Positions 46,331 through 64,000 of a DNA stretch of 64,000 bases are shown here, piece after piece (positions within the stretch are counted from its first letter, which is position 1; each line of letters opens with the position of its first letter). Source of the stretch: Eimeria praecox (Eukaryota); assembly GCA_963920595.1 (NCBI GenBank), contig OY986946.1, positions 5,022,001 to 5,086,000 of the forward strand, in the 5' to 3' direction. The notes below the pieces were generated by a model. That model saw nothing but the letters and a program-made list of their open reading frames with translations. It did not search any database and was not told the origin of the DNA. Both the position numbers and the translations under genes were made by a program.

Positions 46331-46845
46331 AGACAGCAGACGGGCAGCTGGTGGCTCCACAGCAGCAGCAGCAACTCCCGCAGCTATCTGCTGCACCGGT
46401 GGCAGCACCTCTGTTTGCTGCTGCTGCAATGCTGCAGCAGCAGCAGCATCAGCAGCAGCAGCAGCAGCAGCAGGAGGAGGGGGAGGAGCACCGAAGTCTG
46501 AGCGAGTTAAGTTTAGAAATATATTTGCACAGAGAGCTAACGTCAAAGACACAACCAAAACAGCAGGACCTAAGAAACACACAAACAACAAAAAATAAAA
46601 ATAAAAACAATCTTGCTGCTGCTGCTGCTGTTGCTGCTGCTGTTGTTGCTGCTGTTGCTGCTGCTGTTGTTGCTGCTGTTGCTGCTGCTGCTGCTGCAAT
46701 GGCTGCTGCTAGTGTTTTTTTTTGTGCTGCTGCTGTTTCATGCTGCTGGTGCTGCAACTGTTTGTTGTTGTAGCTCCTTTAGCTGCTGCTGCTGCTCCTG
46801 TTGCTGTTGCTGCTGCTGCAGCAACAGCAGCAGCAGCAACAGCAA

Positions 46846-46895
<50 letters not shown>

Positions 46896-47701
46896 GGAGT
46901 AGCTGTTCTTACCGCAGTGGTCGTTGTAGTTAATTGGCTCTTTTCTTTCTAATGCGCGAGAACGACGAAGATAAATCTAAAAAAACAAAATAAAATAAAT
47001 TAAATATTATTTAAAATAATAATAATAAATATAAGTATAAAAAAATAAATATAAATATAAATATAAATATAAAAAAATAAATATAAAATAAAAAAATAAG
47101 TATAAAAAAATAAATATAAAATAAAAAAAATAAATATAAAATAAAAAATAAATATAAAATAAAAAAAAGAAAGAGAAGAAGAAGAGAAGAAGAGGAAGAC
47201 AAGAAAAAACAAATACAAAAAAACAACAACCAAGAGCAGCAGCAGCTGCTGCTGCTGCTGCTGCAGAGACACGTTGCTGCTGCTGTTGTCTGCTGCTCCT
47301 GCCTGCTGCTGCCTACTACAACTGCTGCTGCTGCTGCTGCTGCTATTTATGTGCTGCTGCTGCTGCTGCTGCTATTTGTGTGTTTCTGCTGCAGTTCATT
47401 TGTGTATGCTGCTGCTGCTATTACTGCTGCTGCTGCTGCTCTTCCTGCTGCTGCTGCTGCTGCTCTTCCTGCTGCTGCTGCTGCTGCTGCTGTCTGTCTG
47501 TGTTTGTGTTTGTGTTACCTACCCAGAAAGAATATACAATAAAGAAGATAGCAACAGGAGCTAGGAGCAGTCCTGCTGCTTTTGCTGCTGCTTCATTAAA
47601 AGACAACAACGTAAGTGCTGCAGATGCAAGGATGACAGCAACATGGAGCCACTGCAGCAGAGTTCTCTCATTCGCGAAGAAGGTTTTAGGTTCGACTCGT
47701 A

Positions 47702-47737
<36 letters not shown>

Positions 47738-48029
47738 TTGTTGCTGCTGTTGTTGTAGTACTGCCATTCCCTCTAAAATATCTGCTGCTGCTGCTGCTGC
47801 TGCTGCTGCGGCGGAAGCGGAAGCAGCGAGACAGACGCCAGCAGCAAGTACGAATACGAAAGAAGCAGCTGCGACGGCTCATGCAGCAAGACAACCAGCT
47901 GCTGCTGTGCTGCTGCTGCTGCTGCAGTCGTCTGCTGCTGCTGCTGCTGCTGCTACCATTGCCGTTGGTGTTGTTGTTGTTGCTGCTGCTGCTGCCGCCC
48001 AGGAGAGGCTCCCGCAGCCCCCTTACGTT

Positions 48030-48071
<42 letters not shown>

Positions 48072-48333
48072 ACCTCTGTCGAGTGTGCGGCGGCTAGCTG
48101 AAGAAGTTTCTAGCGATTGTCTTAGCTCCTATAGTAAACATAAAACAAACATAATTTATTTAATTTATTTAATTTAATTTAATTTAATTTAATTTAATTT
48201 AATTTAATTTAATTTATTTAAATAATTAAATTAAAATACATAACCTAACAGCACAATCTGTCTCCTTTCTATCAAGAAAAAGGAGGAGACAGTTCGCTAC
48301 TCTGTCTCCTCATACCATCATCAGCAGCACCAC

Positions 48334-48374
<41 letters not shown>

Positions 48375-48513
48375 GCAGCACCACCAGCAGCAGCAGCAGA
48401 CCTGGACGGAGGCTTCTTGATCGTGTGCTATAGAGGCCCCAGGGCCTCTATAGATAACATCGAGCTTAGACACTCTGGAAGGGGGGCAGCTAGTTGCTGC
48501 TGCTGCTGCTGCT

Positions 48514-48545
<32 letters not shown>

Positions 48546-48666
48546 TGTAGATGCTGCAGGAACAGAACCCAACTCTTGTTGATGCCCGTGCTCCTGCTGC
48601 TGCAGCTGCAGCACGTGGTGCTGCTGCTGCTGCTGCTGCTGCTGCTGCATCACGCGTAGCTCCATA

Positions 48667-48702
<36 letters not shown>

Positions 48703-49030
48703 TTTTGCTGCTGCATCAACTCTGTCTTAGTATGTTCTATCAAATCTTCTTCTTCTTCTTCCTCTCGAATATTAATTGTAGTATATCCCAGCCAATGTGG
48801 CGTTAGAGACACTTGTTTCATTAGAGACAGTTGCTGCAGCTCTGAGGTGTACAGACTGCTCAGACCATGAGCAAACAAAGAAAAACCAAACACCTCCGTC
48901 ACACTCGTTAAACCTACACACACACACACAAACACCATAAACCCTAAACCCTAAACCCTAAACCCTAAACCCTAAACCCTAAACCCTAAGCCTTAAACCC
49001 TATACATATCTAAGACCCTATATATATATG

Positions 49031-49083
<53 letters not shown>

Positions 49084-51188
49084 AACCCTAAACCCTATAC
49101 CCTAAACCCTAGAGATAAGTCCCTATAGATAAGAAACCCTAAACCCTAAACCCTAAACCCTAAAACCCCTAGATCCTAACCCCTCCATCATAATCGTAAG
49201 AAACATCTGAGGGTCTGCGTTTTGGTTTTGTTTGTCTGCTCGTACAGATCATCTAGGGTTTAGGGTTTAGGGTTTAGGGTATAGGGTATATAGTTAGGGT
49301 TTAGGGTTTAATATCTCACCAACAACCTCATTCAGAAAACCCTGAGAGGCCCCCCTCGCGCAAGTAGATACATCCATAACCCCCCAAGGAAACGGAGATG
49401 CGCCCTCAGAGGCTAACGCTGCTGCCCCATTCATAAGAAATGCTGCATACAAAACCCTAAACCCTAAACCCTAAACCCTAAACCCTAAACCCTAAACCCT
49501 AGCTGTGTGCGATACACATGTATACAAACCCATACCCAACTCTTTAAACGCGAAGCGAGCAAACAAATCGAAACCCTAAACCCTAAACCCTAAACCCTAA
49601 ACCCTAATGAGCAGATATTCTATGATATGACACCCCTCAAGTACTACAAAACATCTAGGGTTTAGGGTTTAGGGTTTAGGGTTTAGGGTTTAGCGGACCG
49701 CTGTAGTCCCCGCCCGGGGGGTTTCTCGCGAAACGTAAATCTTCATCTAACGTAACAAATACCGAGCCGTCTTCTGACCTGTCACCCAAACCCTAAACCC
49801 TAAACCCTAAACCCTAAACCCTAAACCCTAAACCCTAAACCCTAGCAGATATATTTTATTAAGGTCAATAGAAGGGAGAAGAAAACTATGAATGCCTGTT
49901 CTTTTCTGCTGTCTATGTATACAAACCCTATCTCTCTAACAGAGATACGAACACAGATACTCTCACCCCATAAGAACTAGGGTTTAGGGTTTAGGGTTTA
50001 GGGTTTAGGGTTTTCTTACCGAAAGCAAGTCCTAGTAAACCAAACCCTCAACATCGGTTGAAGATGTTTATCTTCTATCTCCCTTCCTATCTTCAAAACT
50101 AAAGAACTACGAGATTCAGCGAATTCGCGAGAAACCCCTACACCACAAACCCTAAACCCTAAACCCTAAACCCTAAACCCTAAACCCTAAACATAGGCGT
50201 GCACGTGTCGAAGCAAACTCTCGAGAGATACCTACTCCTCCAAACCCTAAACCCACAAAACCCTAAACCCTAAACCCTAAACCCTAAACCCTAAACCGTA
50301 AACCCTAAACCCTAGATGTATGAGGCTGGGATTATGTTTGTATGTTGCTTTCGTACCTGCTTCAAACATCTGCTGCTGCACTTCTCGTGCTGCTGCTGCT
50401 GCTTCTCCTCTCATAATCTGCTTCAGCTGCTGCTGCTGCAGCAGCACGCTGTCTGGCTGCGCCTCCAAAACTGCGGGGGTCTACGAACAGCAGCAGAAAC
50501 CCCAAAAAAAAACCTAAACCCTAAACCCTAAACCCTAAACCCTAAACCCTAAACCCTAAGACAGAAGCAACCAAACCCTAAACCCTAAGATATTAAGTCA
50601 GACAGCCGCAGCAACAGATAAGAGAGAGATATTTGTAATACGTATTCGTGTGTTTTGTTTATATGCAGCATTTGATTTAGGGTTTGCTCTCTAGGGTTTA
50701 GGGTTTAGGGTTTGTTTATATATTAGACCGTACAGAACTGCTACTGAGGGTTTAGGGTTGAGGGTTTAGGGTTTGTGATCTGTCTCCGTCATAGCAGGCA
50801 AATGCTTGCTGTTTGCTCTCTAGGGTTTAGGGTTTAGGGTTTAGGGTTTAGGGTTTGTTCTAAAGCACATCATATTAACTGTAGATTTGTTGTAGTGTCT
50901 TGGGAAGCCTAGGGTTTAGGGTTTAGGGTTTAGGGTTTAGGGTTTGCCTACATCATATTTGTTGAATATTTGTTGCTGGGGGTTTGTTGCAGGTTCTTGG
51001 GGTTTAGTAAACTCAAGAAATCTTAGGGTTTGGGGTTTAGGGTTTGAGTTATCCCCTGTACACACCTCACGCAGCCGCAGCAGCTCTTCTACGCTGCAGC
51101 TGCTGCTAGCAGCAGACTCCCCCTGCTGTCTTCCTTTCGTTTGCTGCAGCAGCAACAGCAGCAGCAACAGCAGCAGCAGCAGCAAAGG

Positions 51189-51222
<34 letters not shown>

Positions 51223-51749
51223 GAAGATGTTGTCCTTAGATATCCAAACCCCACATCCACACACTTGCTGCTGCAGCAACTCCAGCACCAACTGCAGCAG
51301 CAGCTGCAGCAGCAACTGTATCACGTGCTGCAGCAGCAGCAGCAGAAACAGCAGCAGCAGCAGCAAAAGCAGCAGCATGCGCAGCAACAGCAACATATGC
51401 AGCATCAGCAGCAAGTGCAGCAGCATCATCAGCAGCAGCAAGAGCAGCAGCAGCAAGTGCAGCAGCATCATCATCAGCAGCAAGAGCAGCAGCAGCAGCA
51501 TCAGCAGCAAGTGCAGCAGCATCATCATCAGCAGCAAGAGCAGCAGCAGCAAGTGCAGCAGCATCATCATCAGCAGCAAGAGCAGCAGCAGCAGCATCAG
51601 CAGCAAGTGCAGCAGCAGCAAGTGCAGCAGCATCATCAGCAGCAGCAAGAGCAGCAACAGCAAGTGCAGCAGCATCATCATCAGCAGCAAGAGCAGCAGC
51701 AGCAAGTGCAGCAGCATCATCATCAGCAGCAAGAGCAGCAGCAGCAAGT

Positions 51750-51783
<34 letters not shown>

Positions 51784-51936
51784 GAGGATGCTTTAACTAA
51801 CAAGTTCAACGAATATATCAAAGTTATTTGAGTCGAAGTAGATGAGAGAAGTCAAACGACGATTATCTGCTGCAGCGAGAGATTCTGCTATCTTCACGGT
51901 ATTTACTGTCTCCTTATCTCTATCCTCCTTCCCCTC

Positions 51937-51994
<58 letters not shown>

Positions 51995-52019
51995 GGGGTG
52001 GGGGTGGGGGTGGGGGTAG

Positions 52020-52053
<34 letters not shown>

Positions 52054-52181
52054 TTGTTTTATTGCTGCTGCTTGAACAGGAGACAGAGGCTCAGACGTAT
52101 TCATACTACATCCCTTCACTGACAACAACTCCATCTCCTTAGCTAACATAACCTGCAACCTGCAGGCAACAGACACGCAGC

Positions 52182-52216
<35 letters not shown>

Positions 52217-52608
52217 TGCTGCTGTTGCTGCTGCTGTTGCTGCTGTTGCTGTTGTGTATGTACAACATAATTACATACAAAAACATGTTTATGCTGTAGA
52301 CAGACAGCAGCAGCAGCAACGGAAGCAGCAGCAACCAAAGCAGCAGCAGCAAACAAAAACAGAAACAAAAACACAGGCTGCTCGAACACCAGCAGCAACA
52401 GCAACAGCAGCAGCAACAGCAGCAGCAACCATCCCAGCAGCAGCAGCAGACATCCCAGCAGCAGCAGCACCAGCAGCAGCACCAGCAGCAACAGCAGCAG
52501 CAGCACCAGCAGCAGCACCAGCAGCAACAGCAGCACCAGCAGCAGCACCAGCAGCAGCACCAGCAGCAGCACCAGCAGCAGCACCAGCAGCAGCACCAAC
52601 AGCAGCAA

Positions 52609-52643
<35 letters not shown>

Positions 52644-53025
52644 GCAGCAGCATTACCTTACGACCTCATCTGGTAAGATGAGATATTTGGTTGTCTTCGC
52701 TGCATTTACATCCTCAGCAAAAGCATCATCAGACCCCCCTACTGCAGCAGGAGCAGCAGCAGCAGCAGCTGCTGCTGCTGCAGCAGCAGCTGCTGCTGCC
52801 TCTGCCCCTGGCGCTGGTCCTGTGGGGCCAACACCACCACCCTTTGCTGCTGCATCACCTGCTGCTGCTCCTGCTGCTCCTGCTGCTGCTGCTCGTGCTG
52901 CAGCAATTGCTGCCTCAGGGAATCTACGCATAGCCTTGAGGGCTCTGAGCTGTCTGTACACTGCAGACAGCTGCAGCAGCAGCAGCGGCAAATTCAATCG
53001 CATGAACGGCTGACGCATTACCCTA

Positions 53026-53060
<35 letters not shown>

Positions 53061-53846
53061 ACACAGCAGCAGCACATAAACGACTCCCCGTCAGACAGAT
53101 CCACCAGCAGCAGCAACAGCTGCTGCTGCTGCTGCTGCCAGGACACTCGCAGCAAGAGCAGCAGCATCCCCAGCAGCAGCAACATCCCCAGCAGCAGCAG
53201 CAACATCCCCAGCAGCAGCAGCAACAACAACATCCCCAGCAGCAGCAGCAACACCCCCAGCATCCCCAGCAGCAGCAGCAACCCCGGCAGCAGCAGCAAC
53301 ATCCCCAGCAGCAGCAGCAACACCCCCAGCATCCCCAGCAGCAGCAACATCCCCAGCAGCAGAAGCATCCCCGGCAGCAGCAACACCCCCAGCAGCAACA
53401 TCCCCAGCAGCACCAGCAGCACCATCCCCAGCAGCACCAGCAACACCCCCAGCATCCCCAGCAGCAGCAGCAACACCCCCAGCATCCCCAGCAGCAGCCC
53501 CAGCAGCAGCAGCAGCAGCAGCAGCATCATATTGTGTGTGTGACCTGCACATATGATATGCAGCCGAAGAAGATTTATTTAATTTATCGAACTTCTTTGC
53601 AATTTTTCTGAATGCAGTAAAGTTAAGTCGAATATACGAAGAGAGGAACACAATCTCCTGTCCTGCTGCTGCTGCTGCTGTCTCTACAGCAGCTATCTCC
53701 CCCTCAAATGCTGCTTCTATTGCTGCTGCGCCCTTAGCATACTTTGATGCTGCTGCTGCTTCAGCAGCAGCAGCTGCTGCTGCTGCTGCTGCAGACCACG
53801 CTACACCCGTCGCCATTGAATCAGCAGAACAAATATCCTCTCCCCC

Positions 53847-53896
<50 letters not shown>

Positions 53897-54266
53897 CTTC
53901 CTCCTCCCCAGAGCCAGCAGATTCTCTGCTGCCATCCTCCTGCTGCTGCTGCTGCTGCTGTTGTTGCTGTTGCTGTTGAGGCTGCTGCTGCTGCTGCTGC
54001 TGTAGAAGGCGGTGCTGCTGGCCGTCATTGTCCTGCTGCTGCTGCTGCTGCTGCTGTTGCTGTTGCTGCTGCTGCTGCTGCTGAGATAGTGTCTGAGGGG
54101 AAGGCGGATTCAGCAGCATCTCCTGCTGCTGCTGCTGCAGCGCATACAGCTGCTCCAGCAGCTGCTGCAGCGCAGCAGAAGCAGCAATTAACGTAGCCAC
54201 AGAAAATCGATTTACCTTGGCTAACTCGTGCTGCAGCAAATCCTCAAACCGACTCTCAGGGGGCCT

Positions 54267-54314
<48 letters not shown>

Positions 54315-54965
54315 GGAGCAGGAGCAGCAACAGCAAGAGCAGCAACAGCAGCAGCAGCAGGAGCAGCAACAGCAAGAGCAGCAACAGCAGCAGCAGCAAC
54401 AGCAGCAGCAGCAACAGGAGATGCAACGTTGATGTCATAGAACAGCCAACGAACACATACGTGTTGCTGCTGCTGCAGCAGCAGCAGCAGCAGCACCATC
54501 AGCAGCAGCAGCACCACCAGCAGCACCATCATCATCATCAGCACCACCACCATCATGAACACCATCAGCAGCAGCAGCAGCACCACTACCACCAGCAGCA
54601 GCAGCAGCACCACCACCACCACCATCATCAGCAGCAGCACGACCACCAGCACCACCGCTACTACCAGCAGCAGCACCAGCACCAGCAGCAGCAGCAGCAG
54701 CACCACCACCACCATCATCATCATCATCAGCAGCAGCACCACCACCGCCACCCTCCTCCTCCTCACGATTTAAACCTGCCTACCTATAATGTTCTCCTTC
54801 CAAAGCCTTCGTATTCGCAAAGCTAAACACCGCATCTCTGATGGAGACAGCAGACACATCTGTCCCCGTAAATAACTTAACTGCTTTCTTCAATTCTTTG
54901 TAAGACACATAAAACACAGCCCGTTGCCTCTCCCGCAACTCTTGGAGGCGTTTGGAAAATTTCAT
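45914..54965 (-). CDS. VTC2: Vacuolar transporter chaperone subunit, VTC2/3-type (SPX + VTC + DUF202 TM), >=12 exons
   Basis: SPX: MKFSKRL..FYVSYKELKK, HELAKVNRF, YIRLNFTAFRKIAKKFDK. VTC: KTTKYLI, SLIYFDSNNF, LQPMLRVWFTRTCF, FVTLDEDL, FPWGVMDV. DUF202: VRVEPKTFFANERTLLQWL, YNDHCGPAVL. Junctions 54784/54264, 53545/53022, 52657/52159 and 46913/46569 are phase-consistent. Confidence 0.9.
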
Positions 54966-55271
54966 CGTAAACACAATTGCAATTAAGGATGGTGATGATG
55001 ATCCTGGTCTTGATGCTGCTGCTGATGATGATGATGATGATGATGCTGCTGATGGTGGTGGTGGCGATGCTGCTGATGCTGCTGATGCTGCTGCTGCTGC
55101 TGATGCTGCTGATGGTGGTGGTGGTGGTGGTGGTGGGGGGTGATGGGGGGCTGGAGGTGTACGATCCCAGCTGCAGCAAGAGCAGCACATACAAGAACGA
55201 TGGGAGAGTGGTTTTGTTGATACTGCTGTTGCTGTTGCTGCTGCTGTTGCTGTGGCTGCTGTTGTTGCTGT

Positions 55272-55306
<35 letters not shown>

Positions 55307-55550
55307 CTGCTGCAGATGATAGTGGTTTTGATTAGCTGTGTATGGATAAGGGTGAGGTTGCTGCTGCTGTTGTAGAAGGCTTACGTTCAGTGTCGATGCT
55401 GTTGCTGTTGCTGCTGCTGCTGCTGCTGCTGTTGCTGGTGTTGCTGCTGCTGCTGCAGCAGAGAGATGTTGAATACGCAGCAGGCAGCAAATTAACTACG
55501 TGAGAAGAACAAACGTATACAACAGAAACGTAGAGAAGGGGCCCTTGCTC

Positions 55551-55609
<59 letters not shown>

Positions 55610-55723
55610 TGTTAAGTTGCTGCTGAGCTGCAAAGACTAGGAAGACAGCAGCAGCAACACAAAGACACAAACGTCTTCCTTACTACTAGCACAGTTCTTT
55701 TGTTGCTGCTGCAACACCTGTTC

Positions 55724-55770
<47 letters not shown>

Positions 55771-55911
55771 GCCTACGTCAGCCTCAGCGGCAGCCTACAC
55801 CTGAGCGGCTTCTGTATAATATACTCAGGTGTTTATATTATTAATATAATTAAATTAATATTTAATAGATTAACAGATCCGCAGCACCTGCAGTAGAAGC
55901 AGCAGAGGCCA

Positions 55912-55943
<32 letters not shown>

Positions 55944-56118
55944 GCAACAGCTGCTGCTGCTGCTGCTGCTGCTGTTGCATGCGCGACAGAAGCTACATCT
56001 TGAGGTAGCTGTTGTGTAGTTGTGCGTCTTCTTTCGTAGGAATCAAATCTTCTTTTATTATTTATTATTAATTAAATTATTTATTTATGTTTGGTGAAGC
56101 TGCAGCAACTGCTGCTGT

Positions 56119-56164
<46 letters not shown>

Positions 56165-56679
56165 ATGCTAGCAGCTGCTGCTACGAGCCTTCTTGCTGCT
56201 GCGGTGTAGTTGCAGCTATTTCTTCTTTGTTTATAAATACAAAAAACCCAAAGACAAATTAATTTATTTAAAGGAAGAAATATCATCAACTCTTTACTAC
56301 ACACACGAGCAGCAGCAACAGCAACAGCAGCAGCAACAGCAGCAGCAACAGCACCAACGGCAGCACCAGCAGCACCAACAGCAGCAGCAACAGCAGCAGC
56401 AGCGTTGGCGTCAAGAGAAACTCCAGCGCAGCCATCGCAGCGACAACAGCACTAAACAGCAGCAATTCTACGCAGAGAGAAGCAGCAGCAGCAGCAGCAG
56501 CAGCGCAGCAGCAGCAGCAGCAGCGCAGCAGCAGCAGCTGATACGACCCGTTGCATCTGCTGTCGATACAGCGGTAGACACTAGCACAAGCACAGTCTTG
56601 ACTGCAGCAGCAGCACCTGATGCAGCAGCAGCAGTTGCTGCTGCTGCTGCGACAACGAACCTCGTTCCTGTCTGGTGTA

Positions 56680-56737
<58 letters not shown>

Positions 56738-56965
56738 GCAGCATCTGCTGCAGCAACCCTAAACCAGGCTGTTCTCTTCTTCTTTGTACTGTATATACAG
56801 CATAGATGCATTGGCAGCAGCAGCTATACAGCAACTACAGAGCTGCAGCAACAGCATCAACAGTAGCAGCAGCAGCAGCAACAGCAGCAACAGCAGCAAC
56901 AGCAGCAACAGCAGAAACAGCACCCCCCGCAGAAGCAGCAGCAGCAGCAGCAGAGACCTCTGGGT

Positions 56966-62967
<6,002 letters not shown>

Positions 62968-62989
62968 GTATATATACATTTAGATATAT

Positions 62990-63031
<42 letters not shown>

Positions 63032-63033
63032 AA

Positions 63034-63065
<32 letters not shown>

Positions 63066-63068
63066 GTG

Positions 63069-63141
<73 letters not shown>

Positions 63142-63150
63142 ACATGCATA

Positions 63151-63244
<94 letters not shown>

Positions 63245-64000
63245 TATACATATATATATATATATATGTAGATAGATAGATATAGATATGTAGATATATA
63301 GATATAGATATAGATAGATACATAGATAGAGATAGAGATAGAGATATATAAATATATATGTTTATATATGCTTTAGACACAAGAATGAGTTTGTTTTGTA
63401 CTGTATTTAAATTTAAAATAATATAAAATAATATAAAACAAATTAAAATATTTTATTTTATTTTCTTAGATTTTATATTTTTACGAATTGTTTCTATGGA
63501 AAATCTGAGAGAAGAAATTAATTGATTATATTTTATTTTATGTTTTTGTACTTTGTTTGTTTATTTTGGTTTTAGTTTATTTATGTTTTATTTATTATTT
63601 TATTTTTATTTTATTTATATTTTATTTATATTTTATTTATATTTTATTTATATCTTATTTATTTTTTATTTATATTTTATGTTTTATAATTTATATTTTA
63701 TATTTTATGTTGCTTCAGTAGACTTCTTGTGTTTTGTTTGTTTATATTAATCTTTATTATACTGTTTATAAGTTTATATTTATATTTATATTTATATTTA
63801 TATTTATATTTATATTTATATTTATATTTATATTTATATTTATATTTATATTTATATTTATATTTATATTTATATTTATATTTATATTTATATTTATATT
63901 TATATTTATATTTATATTTGTATTTATATTTATATTTATATTTATATTTATACTTATATTTATATTTATATTATAAATTTGTAGGTATATGTAGTTGTAT

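Noticed and set aside
50944..51831. Gln/His-repeat ORF on + strand
   Set aside because: Antisense to VTC2 and largely within its intron; non-ATG start; explained by repeat expansion.

Overview
Eukaryotic, intron-rich, repeat-saturated DNA with the hallmarks of an Eimeria (coccidian apicomplexan) repeat-rich segment: (CAG)n homopolymer-coding tracts, interstitial telomere-like (AAACCCT)n arrays, (AGCT)n, TGCATGCA and AT-rich microsatellites. The genus is inferred from repeat content. Hand-spliced recognisable genes are a 4-exon bubblegum-type long-chain acyl-CoA synthetase ending in the PTS1 signal AKL (-), a DCAF4/WDR21-like WD40 protein (+), a non-catalytic VTC2-type SPX-VTC-DUF202 subunit (-), a head-to-head CNNM (DUF21-CBS) transporter (+, probably running off the window) and tRNA-Ile(AAT). 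Several hypothetical genes are present, including a ~15.7 kb multi-exon gene. The most interesting unexplained signals are (i) a ~245 nt GC-rich, highly structured, oligo-T-terminated candidate ncRNA matching no family I recognise, (ii) degenerate copies of exon ends inside introns of four different genes, some with intact frame and splice sites, and (iii) a polarity of intronic telomeric repeats, C-rich after the donor and G-rich before the acceptor, which could pair and bridge introns. Most ORFs in the supplied track are low-complexity artefacts.
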